The notes under the pieces were generated by a model that worked only from the letters and a program-made list of their open reading frames with translations, had not been told where the DNA came from and did not search any database. The translations under genes and the position numbers were made by a program. From assembly GCA_963842525.1 (NCBI GenBank), contig CAWJGT010000003.1, positions 1,088,001 to 1,152,000 of the forward strand: 64,000 nt of DNA, given 5' to 3'. The first letter of the stretch is position 1, and each line of letters begins with the position of its first letter. This DNA comes from an uncultured Holophagales bacterium. GTDB taxonomy: Bacteria; Acidobacteriota; Thermoanaerobaculia; Multivoradales; UBA5704. Positions 29,531 to 38,168 of the stretch are shown here, one piece after another.

Positions 29531-30592
29531 ATGAAAGATCAGTACGATATCTTCATCAGCTACTCTCAGAAGGACGGCGAGATTGCTGCCAGTCTTGCGT
29601 CGCGATTGGATGACGCTGGACTTAGATGCTTCTTAGCTGACAAAAGCATACTTGCCGCCTCAGAGTGGGATACAGTCCTACGCAATGCCATACGCAACGC
29701 GGATCGCATCCTGGTGTTGTTAACCCCCAGGGCAAAGGACAGTCTGTGGGTAGCCGCTGAAATCGGTGCTGCTTGGGTTCTTGGAAAAGCCCTGATCCCA
29801 GCGCTCATGTTCGTTGAACCGCAAGATTTGCTTGAGCCTCTTCGGAAGTATCAGACCCGCACAGTTGAGACTCCTCAACAAATCGAGGTGCTCGTTCGAG
29901 AGATAAAGGAATCGTCAGTCAAGAAGTTTGGCCATGAATTGGAGGCTGCTTTCTCAAGCAGCCAGCATACGCTCCAAGACTCTGATGCCCAAGAGAGCTT
30001 TACTACACCGGACGGCTGGAACCAGTTGCTGAAGGTAGGGACCTGGGAATTTGATGCTGATACTGGTGAGTTTGTCGGAGAGGGAATGTATAGATACGTT
30101 CTGTCTCATCACACGTACGGGCATGGCCCTTTCACTCTTGACTGTCGTTTGACGTTCCTGAAGCTAATGCCGGAGAACTCGCTCGACGCCGTGAATGCCG
30201 GTATAGTTTTGGGATGGACAACTCCCAAGGTTGCGCGACAATATTTTCATTTGGCTTTTTCAGGAAAGCAGCTGTTCTTCGAGCGAATCGGATTTCGGGG
30301 ACAAAATGAGTATCTAGACTTTGAGCACCTGAGCCATGAGGTACCATTTTATCTCGAAACAAACCGACCTTACGACCTGTCCGTCCGGGTGCAGGCCAGC
30401 AAGCTTGAGATGTTTTGTGATGGCCGCAAGATTTTCGACACAGCCATCGAACCCAACTCGTTGGTTGGGAGAGTTGGCCTTAGGCCTTGGCGAAGTATGC
30501 TTAGTTGTCAGTGTTTCGAGGTGCGAACCGGAGGAACGACCATCGCGCCAGCTAACCCAGCTGCTCAACCGGACAGCTACGCTGCCGGTTAG
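29531..30592 (+). CDS. TIR domain plus C-terminal beta-sandwich protein (cassette 1)
   Basis: YDIFISYSQKD...SLWVAAEIGAAW (catalytic-position Glu); concanavalin/DUF1080-like beta-rich C-terminus. Confidence 0.8.
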   Translation: MKDQYDIFISYSQKDGEIAASLASRLDDAGLRCFLADKSILAASEWDTVLRNAIRNADRILVLLTPRAKDSLWVAAEIGAAWVLGKALIPALMFVEPQDLLEPLRKYQTRTVETPQQIEVLVREIKESSVKKFGHELEAAFSSSQHTLQDSDAQESFTTPDGWNQLLKVGTWEFDADTGEFVGEGMYRYVLSHHTYGHGPFTLDCRLTFLKLMPENSLDAVNAGIVLGWTTPKVARQYFHLAFSGKQLFFERIGFRGQNEYLDFEHLSHEVPFYLETNRPYDLSVRVQASKLEMFCDGRKIFDTAIEPNSLVGRVGLRPWRSMLSCQCFEVRTGGTTIAPANPAAQPDSYAAG

Positions 30593-30603
30593 CAGCAACA
30601 GCT

Positions 30604-31056
30604 TTGGCCGTAAACTTGATTGACATGAAGCTGCTACAACAATCCCGATTGCTCTTTACGCTGGTGCTGTCTCTTGGAGGTGTGCTTCAGGGTTGCGCGG
30701 AGAGTCTTGAGAACATTCGTCCGACCTCCCCTGAGGCTCCCACTGTCCAGTTGAAGTGCGGAGTTATGCCCGATTCAGCTGTAACGCGGGATCAAGCTTT
30801 CTGCATTGCTAAGCTCACTGGCCTTCAGCGAGGGATCCGAAGGTGGGCATTTCGGGAGTATCCCGGTTATATCGATGTCTACAATACGATGTCGAGTGGC
30901 CCTCCGGCGCGAGGGTTAAATATCCGCATTGCGACCCCCGGAGGCCAAGTAATCAGCTTCGAACCATGGGAAGAGATTCAACTGGATGCCGCGGCGCGGC
31001 CAACCTGGCGGCTTGAGCGGACGGCCAAGGCCACTGCTCAGCCGCAGCAGCGTTAG
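30604..31056 (+). CDS. Putative lipoprotein (cassette 2); start may be ATG 30625
   Basis: Hydrophobic leader ending LQGC; ORF runs through its attC. Confidence 0.55.
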   Translation: MAVNLIDMKLLQQSRLLFTLVLSLGGVLQGCAESLENIRPTSPEAPTVQLKCGVMPDSAVTRDQAFCIAKLTGLQRGIRRWAFREYPGYIDVYNTMSSGPPARGLNIRIATPGGQVISFEPWEEIQLDAAARPTWRLERTAKATAQPQQR

Positions 31057-31074
31057 GCGGCCGAAAGACCATTC

Positions 31075-31563
31075 GTGACTACCCCACTATTGACCAGATC
31101 CAGATCCAGACCGCTCATGCTCGGCGCCTTCTTCGCCGGTATCGGGCTAGCTGGCCTCGCGGTCGCCATGCTCAACTCCCAATGGCGCCTGCTCGGGATC
31201 GCAGTGGCCGTCATTTCCTTCTTTGCTGCTGCGTCTGTGTTCAGCAATGCCGCCCGAATCGCTCGTCAATTGCCAACTCTGGTCGGCAAGTCAGTTCGGA
31301 TTGAGGCTTGGGGCAAGCCTCTAGAGCCACACAACACATACAAAGTGCAGTCCGTGCGCGTCATCGGCGCTGGTCTTCACATCTACCTGTGCTCTTCAGC
31401 CGCTAAGTCGCCGCGCGACCTCAAGATCGCACAACCCAGCGGTGCCCGGTTGACCGACACCCAGCTCACAATCGACACTGCTACCTACATCAGTCTTGCG
31501 GGCACCAAACTTGGGCGCACTGACAATCTGCCGGCGCTGCGCGTGTCGTGGCCGGCCGCCTAA
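31075..31563 (+). CDS. Two-TM hypothetical protein (cassette 3)
   Basis: Stop codon lies within the GCCTAAC core site. Confidence 0.65.
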   Translation: MTTPLLTRSRSRPLMLGAFFAGIGLAGLAVAMLNSQWRLLGIAVAVISFFAAASVFSNAARIARQLPTLVGKSVRIEAWGKPLEPHNTYKVQSVRVIGAGLHIYLCSSAAKSPRDLKIAQPSGARLTDTQLTIDTATYISLAGTKLGRTDNLPALRVSWPAA

Positions 31564-31768
31564 CGACCCCTCGTTGCAGCGGACGCTACCCGGGTGACCC
31601 AGCGAGCGCTCTCGCGTCTGGCGCCGAAAAGCAGCCTGGGAAGCGCATCCTGGGACACCTCCGTCCTCGGCAAAGGACGGCTCCCCCTCGGCTGTGTGCG
31701 CCAGCCACAGGGTGGCGAAGGGCTGGCACGGATCGTGGAGTGCCGGTCGGCAAGGAGGTCTGTACGCG

Positions 31769-32459
31769 ATGCGCAAGTTGTTCCTGACCGCGATCCTCGC
31801 CGGTAGCACCCTGCTGTCTCCAGCCCTCACTCCCCCAGCCCAGGCCAGCCCCGAATGGTTCTCGATCGGCACCGCCTTCCGGGTCGGCGCAGCCCACATC
31901 TCCTTCGTCTTCGGGCGACCCTTCTACGGGTACCAACCCGCTTACTACTACCGCTATGACGAGCCGATCCACTACCGCGGTCATCGATGCAGCAGCCACT
32001 GCTTCCACGACGCCGGCTATTACTATCACCATGACTCCTGCCCGCTTGTGACCACCCACTTCTCCCACTACCGGGTCGACCGCTCCTGGGCCTTTTCGCG
32101 CTACGCCCCGCGCTATGACCGCTATGACAGGAGTTACCGTGGCGACTACGGCCGCTCCGACCGGTATGACCGGCACGATCGTGACGACCGGTACGATCGG
32201 CACGATCGGCACGACAGTCACCGCCGCTACGATCGTGACGACCGGTACGATAGGAACGACCGTCATCGCCGCGGCGACCGCGATGACCGGTACGACAGAA
32301 ATGACCGTCGCCGCCGCGACGATCGTGACGGCCGGTACGACAGGCACGACCGTCGTCGCCGCGACGATCGCGCCGATCGCGACGATCCGTCGGCACGATG
32401 ACCGTCGTGACCGGCGCGGGCATCGCGACCGGCACCGCTCGGGGAGCCGCGGCCACTGA
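31769..32459 (+). CDS. Secreted protein with an Arg/Asp/His-rich repetitive tail (probable frameshift ~32388)
   Basis: AAGGAGG RBS, signal peptide, Tyr/His-rich core, (DRYDRHDRD)-like repeats. Confidence 0.7.
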
Positions 32460-32520
32460 CCTCGCCCGTCCTGACTGCTGCCGATTCGCTCCCGAACGCC
32501 ATCGCGGTCGGGGGCGAATA

Positions 32521-32748
32521 CAGGGCTCCGTCAAAGTCGGCCGCCGCCCGGGACCCCTCCCCGTCCCTCCCCCGCGCGGCCCCCAGCCACCGCCCCGAGC
32601 GGGAGAGGGCGCCCCCACCCGCAAACTCAACAATCACAGGTGTTTCCCCCTCTCCCGCTCGGGGTGGCAGGGTGGGGGACGCGCGGGAGAGGGGGCCAGG
32701 GGGTGAGGGCCTCAAGCCGCTGCTACCACGGACTTTGACGGAGCCCTG
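32521..32748. mobile_element. MITE-like element: 18-bp terminal inverted repeats enclosing a REP-like hairpin
   Basis: CAGGGCTCCGTCAAAGTC (32521) and GACTTTGACGGAGCCCTG (32731). Confidence 0.55.
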
Positions 32749-32851
32749 GGGGGCGAATCGAGGTCGTTGACGAGGAGCCGCAGGAGGCGTAGCATCTTGT
32801 AAGTACCCAAGCTCTTCAGGATGTTGGGCGCACTCGGCCCCGCGTTGCAGC

Positions 32852-33616
32852 GTGCGAATACGAGCTGAGTCCGTCGTCAACGTGTCGGAGCTGACGCGCC
32901 GCTTCGGTGCCCGGACGGCCCTTGCCTCGGTGAGCCTGTCCATGTCGCGCGGCGCGGTCTACGGCCTCGTCGGCGCAAACGGAGCGGGCAAGACGACGCT
33001 CATCAAGCATGTCCTCGGCCTGCTACGGGCGGAAAGCGGCTCGGTGCGCGTCTTCGGGCTCGATCCCGTCGCCGATCCGGTCGGCGTCCTGTCGCGCATC
33101 GGCTACCTTTCCGAGGAGAACGACGTCCCCGGCTGGATGCGCGTTGACGAGCTCATTCGCTACTCGCGCGCGTTCTACCCCGCCTGGGACGATGTGTACG
33201 CCGAGGAGCTGCGGCAGAAGTTCGCACTCGACCCCGCGGCGAAAATCAGGAACCTCTCCAAGGGGCAGAAGGCCCGGGCGGGACTGCTCATCGCGCTGGC
33301 GTATCGGCCCGAATTATTGGTGCTGGACGAACCGTCGTCCGGTCTCGATCCCATCGTTCGCCGCGACATTCTCGGCGCCGTCGTTCGCACCATCGCCGAT
33401 GAAGGCCGCACGGTGCTCTTTTCGTCGCACTTGTTGGAGGAAGTGGAGCAGGTCGCCGATCACGTCACGATGATCCATCAGGGCACGATCGTGCTGAGCG
33501 CGCCGCTTCGCGAAATCAAGGAATCGCACCGCGTCGGCGAGCGTGTCCCCACCCTGGACGAGATTTTCGTCGCCCATGTCGGGAATGAGCCCGCAGCGCC
33601 AGCCCCGGAGGCGTAA
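32852..33616 (+). CDS. ABC transporter ATP-binding protein
   Basis: GANGAGKT, LSKGQ, LVLDEP, SSH. Confidence 0.95.
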   Translation: MRIRAESVVNVSELTRRFGARTALASVSLSMSRGAVYGLVGANGAGKTTLIKHVLGLLRAESGSVRVFGLDPVADPVGVLSRIGYLSEENDVPGWMRVDELIRYSRAFYPAWDDVYAEELRQKFALDPAAKIRNLSKGQKARAGLLIALAYRPELLVLDEPSSGLDPIVRRDILGAVVRTIADEGRTVLFSSHLLEEVEQVADHVTMIHQGTIVLSAPLREIKESHRVGERVPTLDEIFVAHVGNEPAAPAPEA

Positions 33617-33619
33617 ACC

Positions 33620-36187
33620 ATGCGTTCCCCCGCTCTCGCGATCGCCTGGGAATTTCGCCAAGGGCATCGCTTCGCACTGATCGCGCTGGCCGGCTTGATT
33701 TTCGTTCTAGCGATGATCAGGCTCCTGATCCCCGGACCATGGGAGCCCATCGAGCTGGATACTCCCAATGAAACGGCAGCCCTGCTGATCTTGCCATTTT
33801 CGGCGACGTTCCTCTATTTCCTGGCGGTATTCAGCTTCGGCCTTGCCGGTGACCTGGCCGCGCGCCAATCGATCTATCCCGCCCGCATGTTCACGCTGCC
33901 GGTGACGACCACGGCGCTGGCGGGCTGGCCGATGCTCTATGGCGCGGCGGCCATGGCGAGCTTGTGGCTGGTCATGGTACTTGTACTGCTGCCGTTTGGA
34001 AACGACGTACCTCTGATTTGGCCGGGACTGCTGGCCGCGGTCTTTCTCGCCTGGACGCAGGCGCTGGTGTGGATGCCGTACGGTCTGCCGGGGCTGCGTG
34101 TGATCGTCGCCGTGTTGTGGCTGGTTTCGCTGGACGCCGCCGTTCTCCTGGCGGTCCATTACAAAGCCTCCGAGCCCCTGATGGTAGCGTTCCTGGCGCC
34201 GCAGCTTCCCCTCGCCTATCTCACCGCCTGCTATGCCGTTGCACGGGCTCGCCGCGGCGACGTGCCTGACTGGCGGGGAGCATTCGCCCGGCTCGGGCAG
34301 ATCGCCGATGTCCTGCCGCGCCGGCGAGACCGTTTTTCTTCGCCCGCCCGCGCTCAAATGTGGTTCGAGTGGCGGCGGCATGGCCGGCGGCTACCGGCAT
34401 TGATGGGCCTCCTTCTGCCGTTCGAGCTGGCCCTTCTTTTCGTCGCCGGTGACGACCGGCCGGAGCTCGTCTTCTACCCACTTCTCGGCGTGCTGCTCAC
34501 CCCGCCCTGCATGGCCGGATTCGCCGCCGCGACGGTGAGCAAGGCAAATTCCGATGTGCACGATTCCTGGGGCCTGACGCCCTTCGATGCGACGCGGCCA
34601 TTGACCAGCGCCGCGCTCATCGCCGCCCAGCTCAAAGTGGCGATCTGGAGCACGCTGGCCGCGTGGCTGCTGGTCCTCATCGCCATCCCGCTCGCGCTCA
34701 CCTTGTCCTCGACCTGGCCGGTGGTGATCGAGCAAACAACTCGGTGGATCGAAGACGAAGGGACGCTCCGCGCTGTCGCGATCGTGTTGCTGGGATTCCT
34801 GGGATTGTTGGGGTTGACGTGGAAGCAGCTCGTGCAGAATCTGTACATCGGCCTGACCGGCCGCGAATGGGTCGTCAAAGCGAGCGTTTTTTTCGCCCTG
34901 TCGTATCTCGTCGTCTTCGGGCCGCTCGTCGGATGGATCCTTTCTTTGTACGCGATGGCCTTGGCCACGAATGCTCTGCCCTGGATCGCTGCTGCCCTGG
35001 TCGGCCTCAAGCTGTCCGCTGCTGCCTGGATCGCCACACGCCTCCATCGCCAGCGGCTGCTCAACGACCGCACGCTGGTGACCGTCGCGGCCTGTTGGCT
35101 CGTCGCCGTGCTCGCTCTTTACGGCCTGCTCGCATGGCTCGTCACCACACCGCTCATCCCGCGCTACTTTCTGGCGCTGGTCGCGGTCCTGGCCATCCCA
35201 TTGGCGCGACTCTCCGCGGCGCCACTGGCGCTCGCGGGGAATCGGCATGGGTGGCCGTCGAGGACGGCGATGAATCCCAGGAAGCTGGTCATCCGCGCCG
35301 TGCTGGTTCTCGGCCTGCCTGCGGTGTCGGTCCTCCTGGCCTCGGTGTCCTACTACTTCCTGAATCGAACGAGCGGCGCCATGATCTCGTCGGGCCAGAG
35401 GCGGGAGTATCTGCTCCATGTCCCAAGCAGCTACGACCGCTCCAAGCCGGCGCCGCTCGTCATCAGCATGCACGGCGGGGGAGGATGGCCGGCCCATCAG
35501 ATGGACACGAGCGGGTGGAACCGGCTGGCCGACAGCCAAGGGTTCATCGTCGTCTACCCGGCGGGAAGTGATGCGCCCAGGGCCTGGAACGTGAACCACG
35601 GAGCCGGTCTCACGAGGGATGTCAGATTCATCTCTGAATTGATCGACACCCTGGAAGCGGCATACAACATCGACCCGACGAGGATCTATGCAAATGGGCT
35701 TTCCAATGGCGGAGGCATGGCTTTCGTCCTTTCCTGCACGCTGTCCGATCGGATCGCGGCGGTCGGGATGGTGGCGGCGGCTCACTCACTGCCGTGGAGC
35801 TGGTGCACGGACCCTCGACCGGTGCCGATGATCGCGTTTCACGGCACCGCTGATGCATTGACTCCCTACCATGGCGGTCGCTCGCCGGCTTTCCCGGACT
35901 CGAAGGTCTTGCCGAGCATCCCAACCTGGACGGCGAATTGGGCGCGAAGAAACCGGTGCGGAACGAACCCCGTCGAGTCTCTGGTCGCTGCCGACGTCAC
36001 CCGCCGCGAATACACGAGCTGTGCTGACGACGCTGCCGTGGTGCTCTACACGGTCCAGGGCGGTGGCCACACCTGGCCAGGCGGCAAGCCGATGCCGGAA
36101 TGGCTGGCCGGGTTCACCAGCAACGGCGTCGACGCGACGAGGGAGATGTGGGAGTTCTTTCGTGAGCATCGGCTTCCGAAGAAGTAA
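33620..36187 (+). CDS. ABC-type membrane protein fused in frame to a PHB-depolymerase/LpqC-type esterase
   Basis: Polytopic N-terminal part; esterase with GLSNGG, FHGTAD, GGGHTWPG; internal GAGGA-ATG at 35270. Confidence 0.8.
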   Translation: MRSPALAIAWEFRQGHRFALIALAGLIFVLAMIRLLIPGPWEPIELDTPNETAALLILPFSATFLYFLAVFSFGLAGDLAARQSIYPARMFTLPVTTTALAGWPMLYGAAAMASLWLVMVLVLLPFGNDVPLIWPGLLAAVFLAWTQALVWMPYGLPGLRVIVAVLWLVSLDAAVLLAVHYKASEPLMVAFLAPQLPLAYLTACYAVARARRGDVPDWRGAFARLGQIADVLPRRRDRFSSPARAQMWFEWRRHGRRLPALMGLLLPFELALLFVAGDDRPELVFYPLLGVLLTPPCMAGFAAATVSKANSDVHDSWGLTPFDATRPLTSAALIAAQLKVAIWSTLAAWLLVLIAIPLALTLSSTWPVVIEQTTRWIEDEGTLRAVAIVLLGFLGLLGLTWKQLVQNLYIGLTGREWVVKASVFFALSYLVVFGPLVGWILSLYAMALATNALPWIAAALVGLKLSAAAWIATRLHRQRLLNDRTLVTVAACWLVAVLALYGLLAWLVTTPLIPRYFLALVAVLAIPLARLSAAPLALAGNRHGWPSRTAMNPRKLVIRAVLVLGLPAVSVLLASVSYYFLNRTSGAMISSGQRREYLLHVPSSYDRSKPAPLVISMHGGGGWPAHQMDTSGWNRLADSQGFIVVYPAGSDAPRAWNVNHGAGLTRDVRFISELIDTLEAAYNIDPTRIYANGLSNGGGMAFVLSCTLSDRIAAVGMVAAAHSLPWSWCTDPRPVPMIAFHGTADALTPYHGGRSPAFPDSKVLPSIPTWTANWARRNRCGTNPVESLVAADVTRREYTSCADDAAVVLYTVQGGGHTWPGGKPMPEWLAGFTSNGVDATREMWEFFREHRLPKK

Positions 36188-36199
36188 CAAGGCCGCTTC

Positions 36200-37000
36200 A
36201 TGCCAGTCGACAACCAGCTCTACGACGACATGGCAGGCTCGTGGTGGGACGAGGCGGGCTGCCTGCATATCCTCCAGTCGTTCAGCCCGGTGCGGTTCGG
36301 ATACATCCGGCGGGTCCTGGACGAGCTGCGGATCGATTCTCGCGGCCGGCGGACGCTGGACATCGGCTGCGGCGGCGGACTCCTGTCCGAGGAGCTGGCT
36401 CGCCTGGGCTGCTCGGTCACGGGCATCGACCCTTCAGAAAAGTCGCTGGCTGCGGCGAGGGCCCATGCGCGGGAGGCGGGCCTCGCGATCGAGTACCGGG
36501 CGGCCTCCGGGGAACGGATGCCTTTTTCCGACGGGAGCTTCGAGATTGCCTGCTGCTGCGACGTCCTGGAGCACGTAGAGGACCCGCCGCGGGTGATCGC
36601 CGAGACGGCGCGCGTCCTGGCGCCCGGCGGCGTCTTTTTCTTCGATACGATCAACCGCACGTGGCGGAGCAAGCTGGTGGTGATCAAGCTCTTCCAGGAG
36701 TGGAGATGGACGAGCTTCATGCCGCCGGACCTCCACGACTGGAAAAAGTTCATCAAGCCGGCGGAGCTGACCGCCCTGCTGGAGAAGAGCGGCCTGCGTC
36801 CAGAGGGACTCACGGGTTTCCGTCCGGCGGGCAACCCGCTCCGCATCCTGCGACTCCTTCGCTCCCGCAAGCGGGGAGAGCTGACCTATGCGGAAGCCGG
36901 CCGGCGGTTCGACCTGCGGCCGAGCCAGGACACGAGCCTGCTCTACATGGGGCATGCAACTCGTATTGAGAGGAGGAGCTATGGCGTCGCGTCTTCCTGA
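36200..37000 (+). CDS. ubiG: UbiG-type O-methyltransferase
   Basis: LDIGCGGGLLSE, DVLEHV, DTINRT, HDWKKFIKP. Confidence 0.85.
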   Translation: MPVDNQLYDDMAGSWWDEAGCLHILQSFSPVRFGYIRRVLDELRIDSRGRRTLDIGCGGGLLSEELARLGCSVTGIDPSEKSLAAARAHAREAGLAIEYRAASGERMPFSDGSFEIACCCDVLEHVEDPPRVIAETARVLAPGGVFFFDTINRTWRSKLVVIKLFQEWRWTSFMPPDLHDWKKFIKPAELTALLEKSGLRPEGLTGFRPAGNPLRILRLLRSRKRGELTYAEAGRRFDLRPSQDTSLLYMGHATRIERRSYGVASS

Positions 37001-37886
37001 CGACACGCACATCGGTCGGGCCCGGCTGCGGGTGGCGGACCTCGACCGCTCTCTCGCCTTCTACCAGGGCGTCCTGGGCCTCCACTTGGCCGGTTCCGAG
37101 GGAAGGGCTGTGACCCTTGCGGCGGGCGACGAGCCGGATCTCCCGGACCCGGTCGAGCCGCGCGAATTGATGGTGCTGGAGGAGACGCCGGGGATCGCGC
37201 GCCGGCCGGTGCGGCCCATCACGACGGGCCTGTATCACGTGGCGTTCCTGGTGCCGAGCCGGCTGGCCCTTGGGCGTGCTCTCCTCGGCCTGCATGCCGC
37301 CGGCTATCCGCTGCGCGGGACGGCCGATCATGCCGTCAGCGAGTCGATCTACCTGGACGATCCGGACGGCAACGGCCTCGAGATCTATGCCGACCGGCCG
37401 CGCGCGCTCTGGCCGGTCGAGGACGGCGTGGTCCAGATGACGGTCGACCCGATGGACGTGGCCGGCGTGCTCGCCGCGGCAGGGGAGCGCACCGAGGCAT
37501 GGCAGGGGCTGCCGCGGGAGACCGTGAATGGGCACGTGCATTTCACCGTCTCGCACCTGGCCCCGGCAGTGGCGTTCTACTGTGACGTGGTCGGCTTCGA
37601 GGACGGCATGCGATGGCCGACGCTCGCCGCCGTGGCCGCGGGCGGCTATCACCACCACCTCAACCTGAACTCCTGGGCGGGGGAGGGCGCGCCGCCGGAT
37701 TCGGACCGTATGGCGGGGCTTGTCAGTTGGGAGCTCGTCGTGCCCGACGTCGAATCCCGGCAAGCCCTCGAACAACGCCTCGCGGCGGCTGGAGCGCTCC
37801 TCGGATCGTCCGCGGACCGCGTCACGGCGCGGGACCTGGACGGGATTCCTTTCGAGGTCGTGGGCGCGGTCGGCGTGGCCTCCTGA
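36981..37886 (+). CDS. VOC family protein (CatE-like catechol 2,3-dioxygenase)
   Basis: GLYHVAFLVP, DHAVSESIYLDDPDGNGLEIYADRP, GGYHHH; AGGAGG RBS. Confidence 0.9.
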   Translation: MASRLPDDTHIGRARLRVADLDRSLAFYQGVLGLHLAGSEGRAVTLAAGDEPDLPDPVEPRELMVLEETPGIARRPVRPITTGLYHVAFLVPSRLALGRALLGLHAAGYPLRGTADHAVSESIYLDDPDGNGLEIYADRPRALWPVEDGVVQMTVDPMDVAGVLAAAGERTEAWQGLPRETVNGHVHFTVSHLAPAVAFYCDVVGFEDGMRWPTLAAVAAGGYHHHLNLNSWAGEGAPPDSDRMAGLVSWELVVPDVESRQALEQRLAAAGALLGSSADRVTARDLDGIPFEVVGAVGVAS

Positions 37887-38046
37887 GCGCCGGTTGGTTA
37901 TGTGGCTGGTTGAGGATCACGGCCTCATTGACAGTTTGGGACATGGTATACCCGATGAAAAGGGCTTTTGTGGCTTCCTTCCTAGCGAGAGCTTAGCGCG
38001 CTGCCGCGCGCAAACATCGGCCGGTGTGCCCGGAATGGGTGGCGGA

Positions 38047-38159
38047 CCTGGGAGCGCGGGCGTCCCGCCCGCCCGGACTCCCAGCGACCGTTGCCGGGCC
38101 GCCCCTTCGACGATAGCCCCAAATACCGGAGAGGCGGGCGAGACGCCCGCGGTCCCAGG
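38047..38159. repeat. REP-like hairpin (family B)
   Basis: CCTGGGAGCGCGGGCGTCCCGCCCGC...GCGGGCGAGACGCCCGCGGTCCCAGG between convergent genes. Confidence 0.8.
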
Positions 38160-38168
38160 AAAAGCCGC

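Larger units (their letters stand above)
29491..31625 (+). mobile_element. Three integron gene cassettes without an integrase in the window (CALIN-like)
   Basis: Paired core sites GTTAGCT 29504 / AGCTAAC 30550, (T)TTGGCC 30603 / GGCCAAC 30998, GTTAGGC 31052 / GCCTAAC 31558; attC-like palindromes; lower GC. Confidence 0.75.

Noticed and set aside
32110-32459. Tandem GACCGGTACGA-type repeats as a DNA element
   Set aside because: Explained by the Arg/Asp-rich low-complexity tail of the secreted protein
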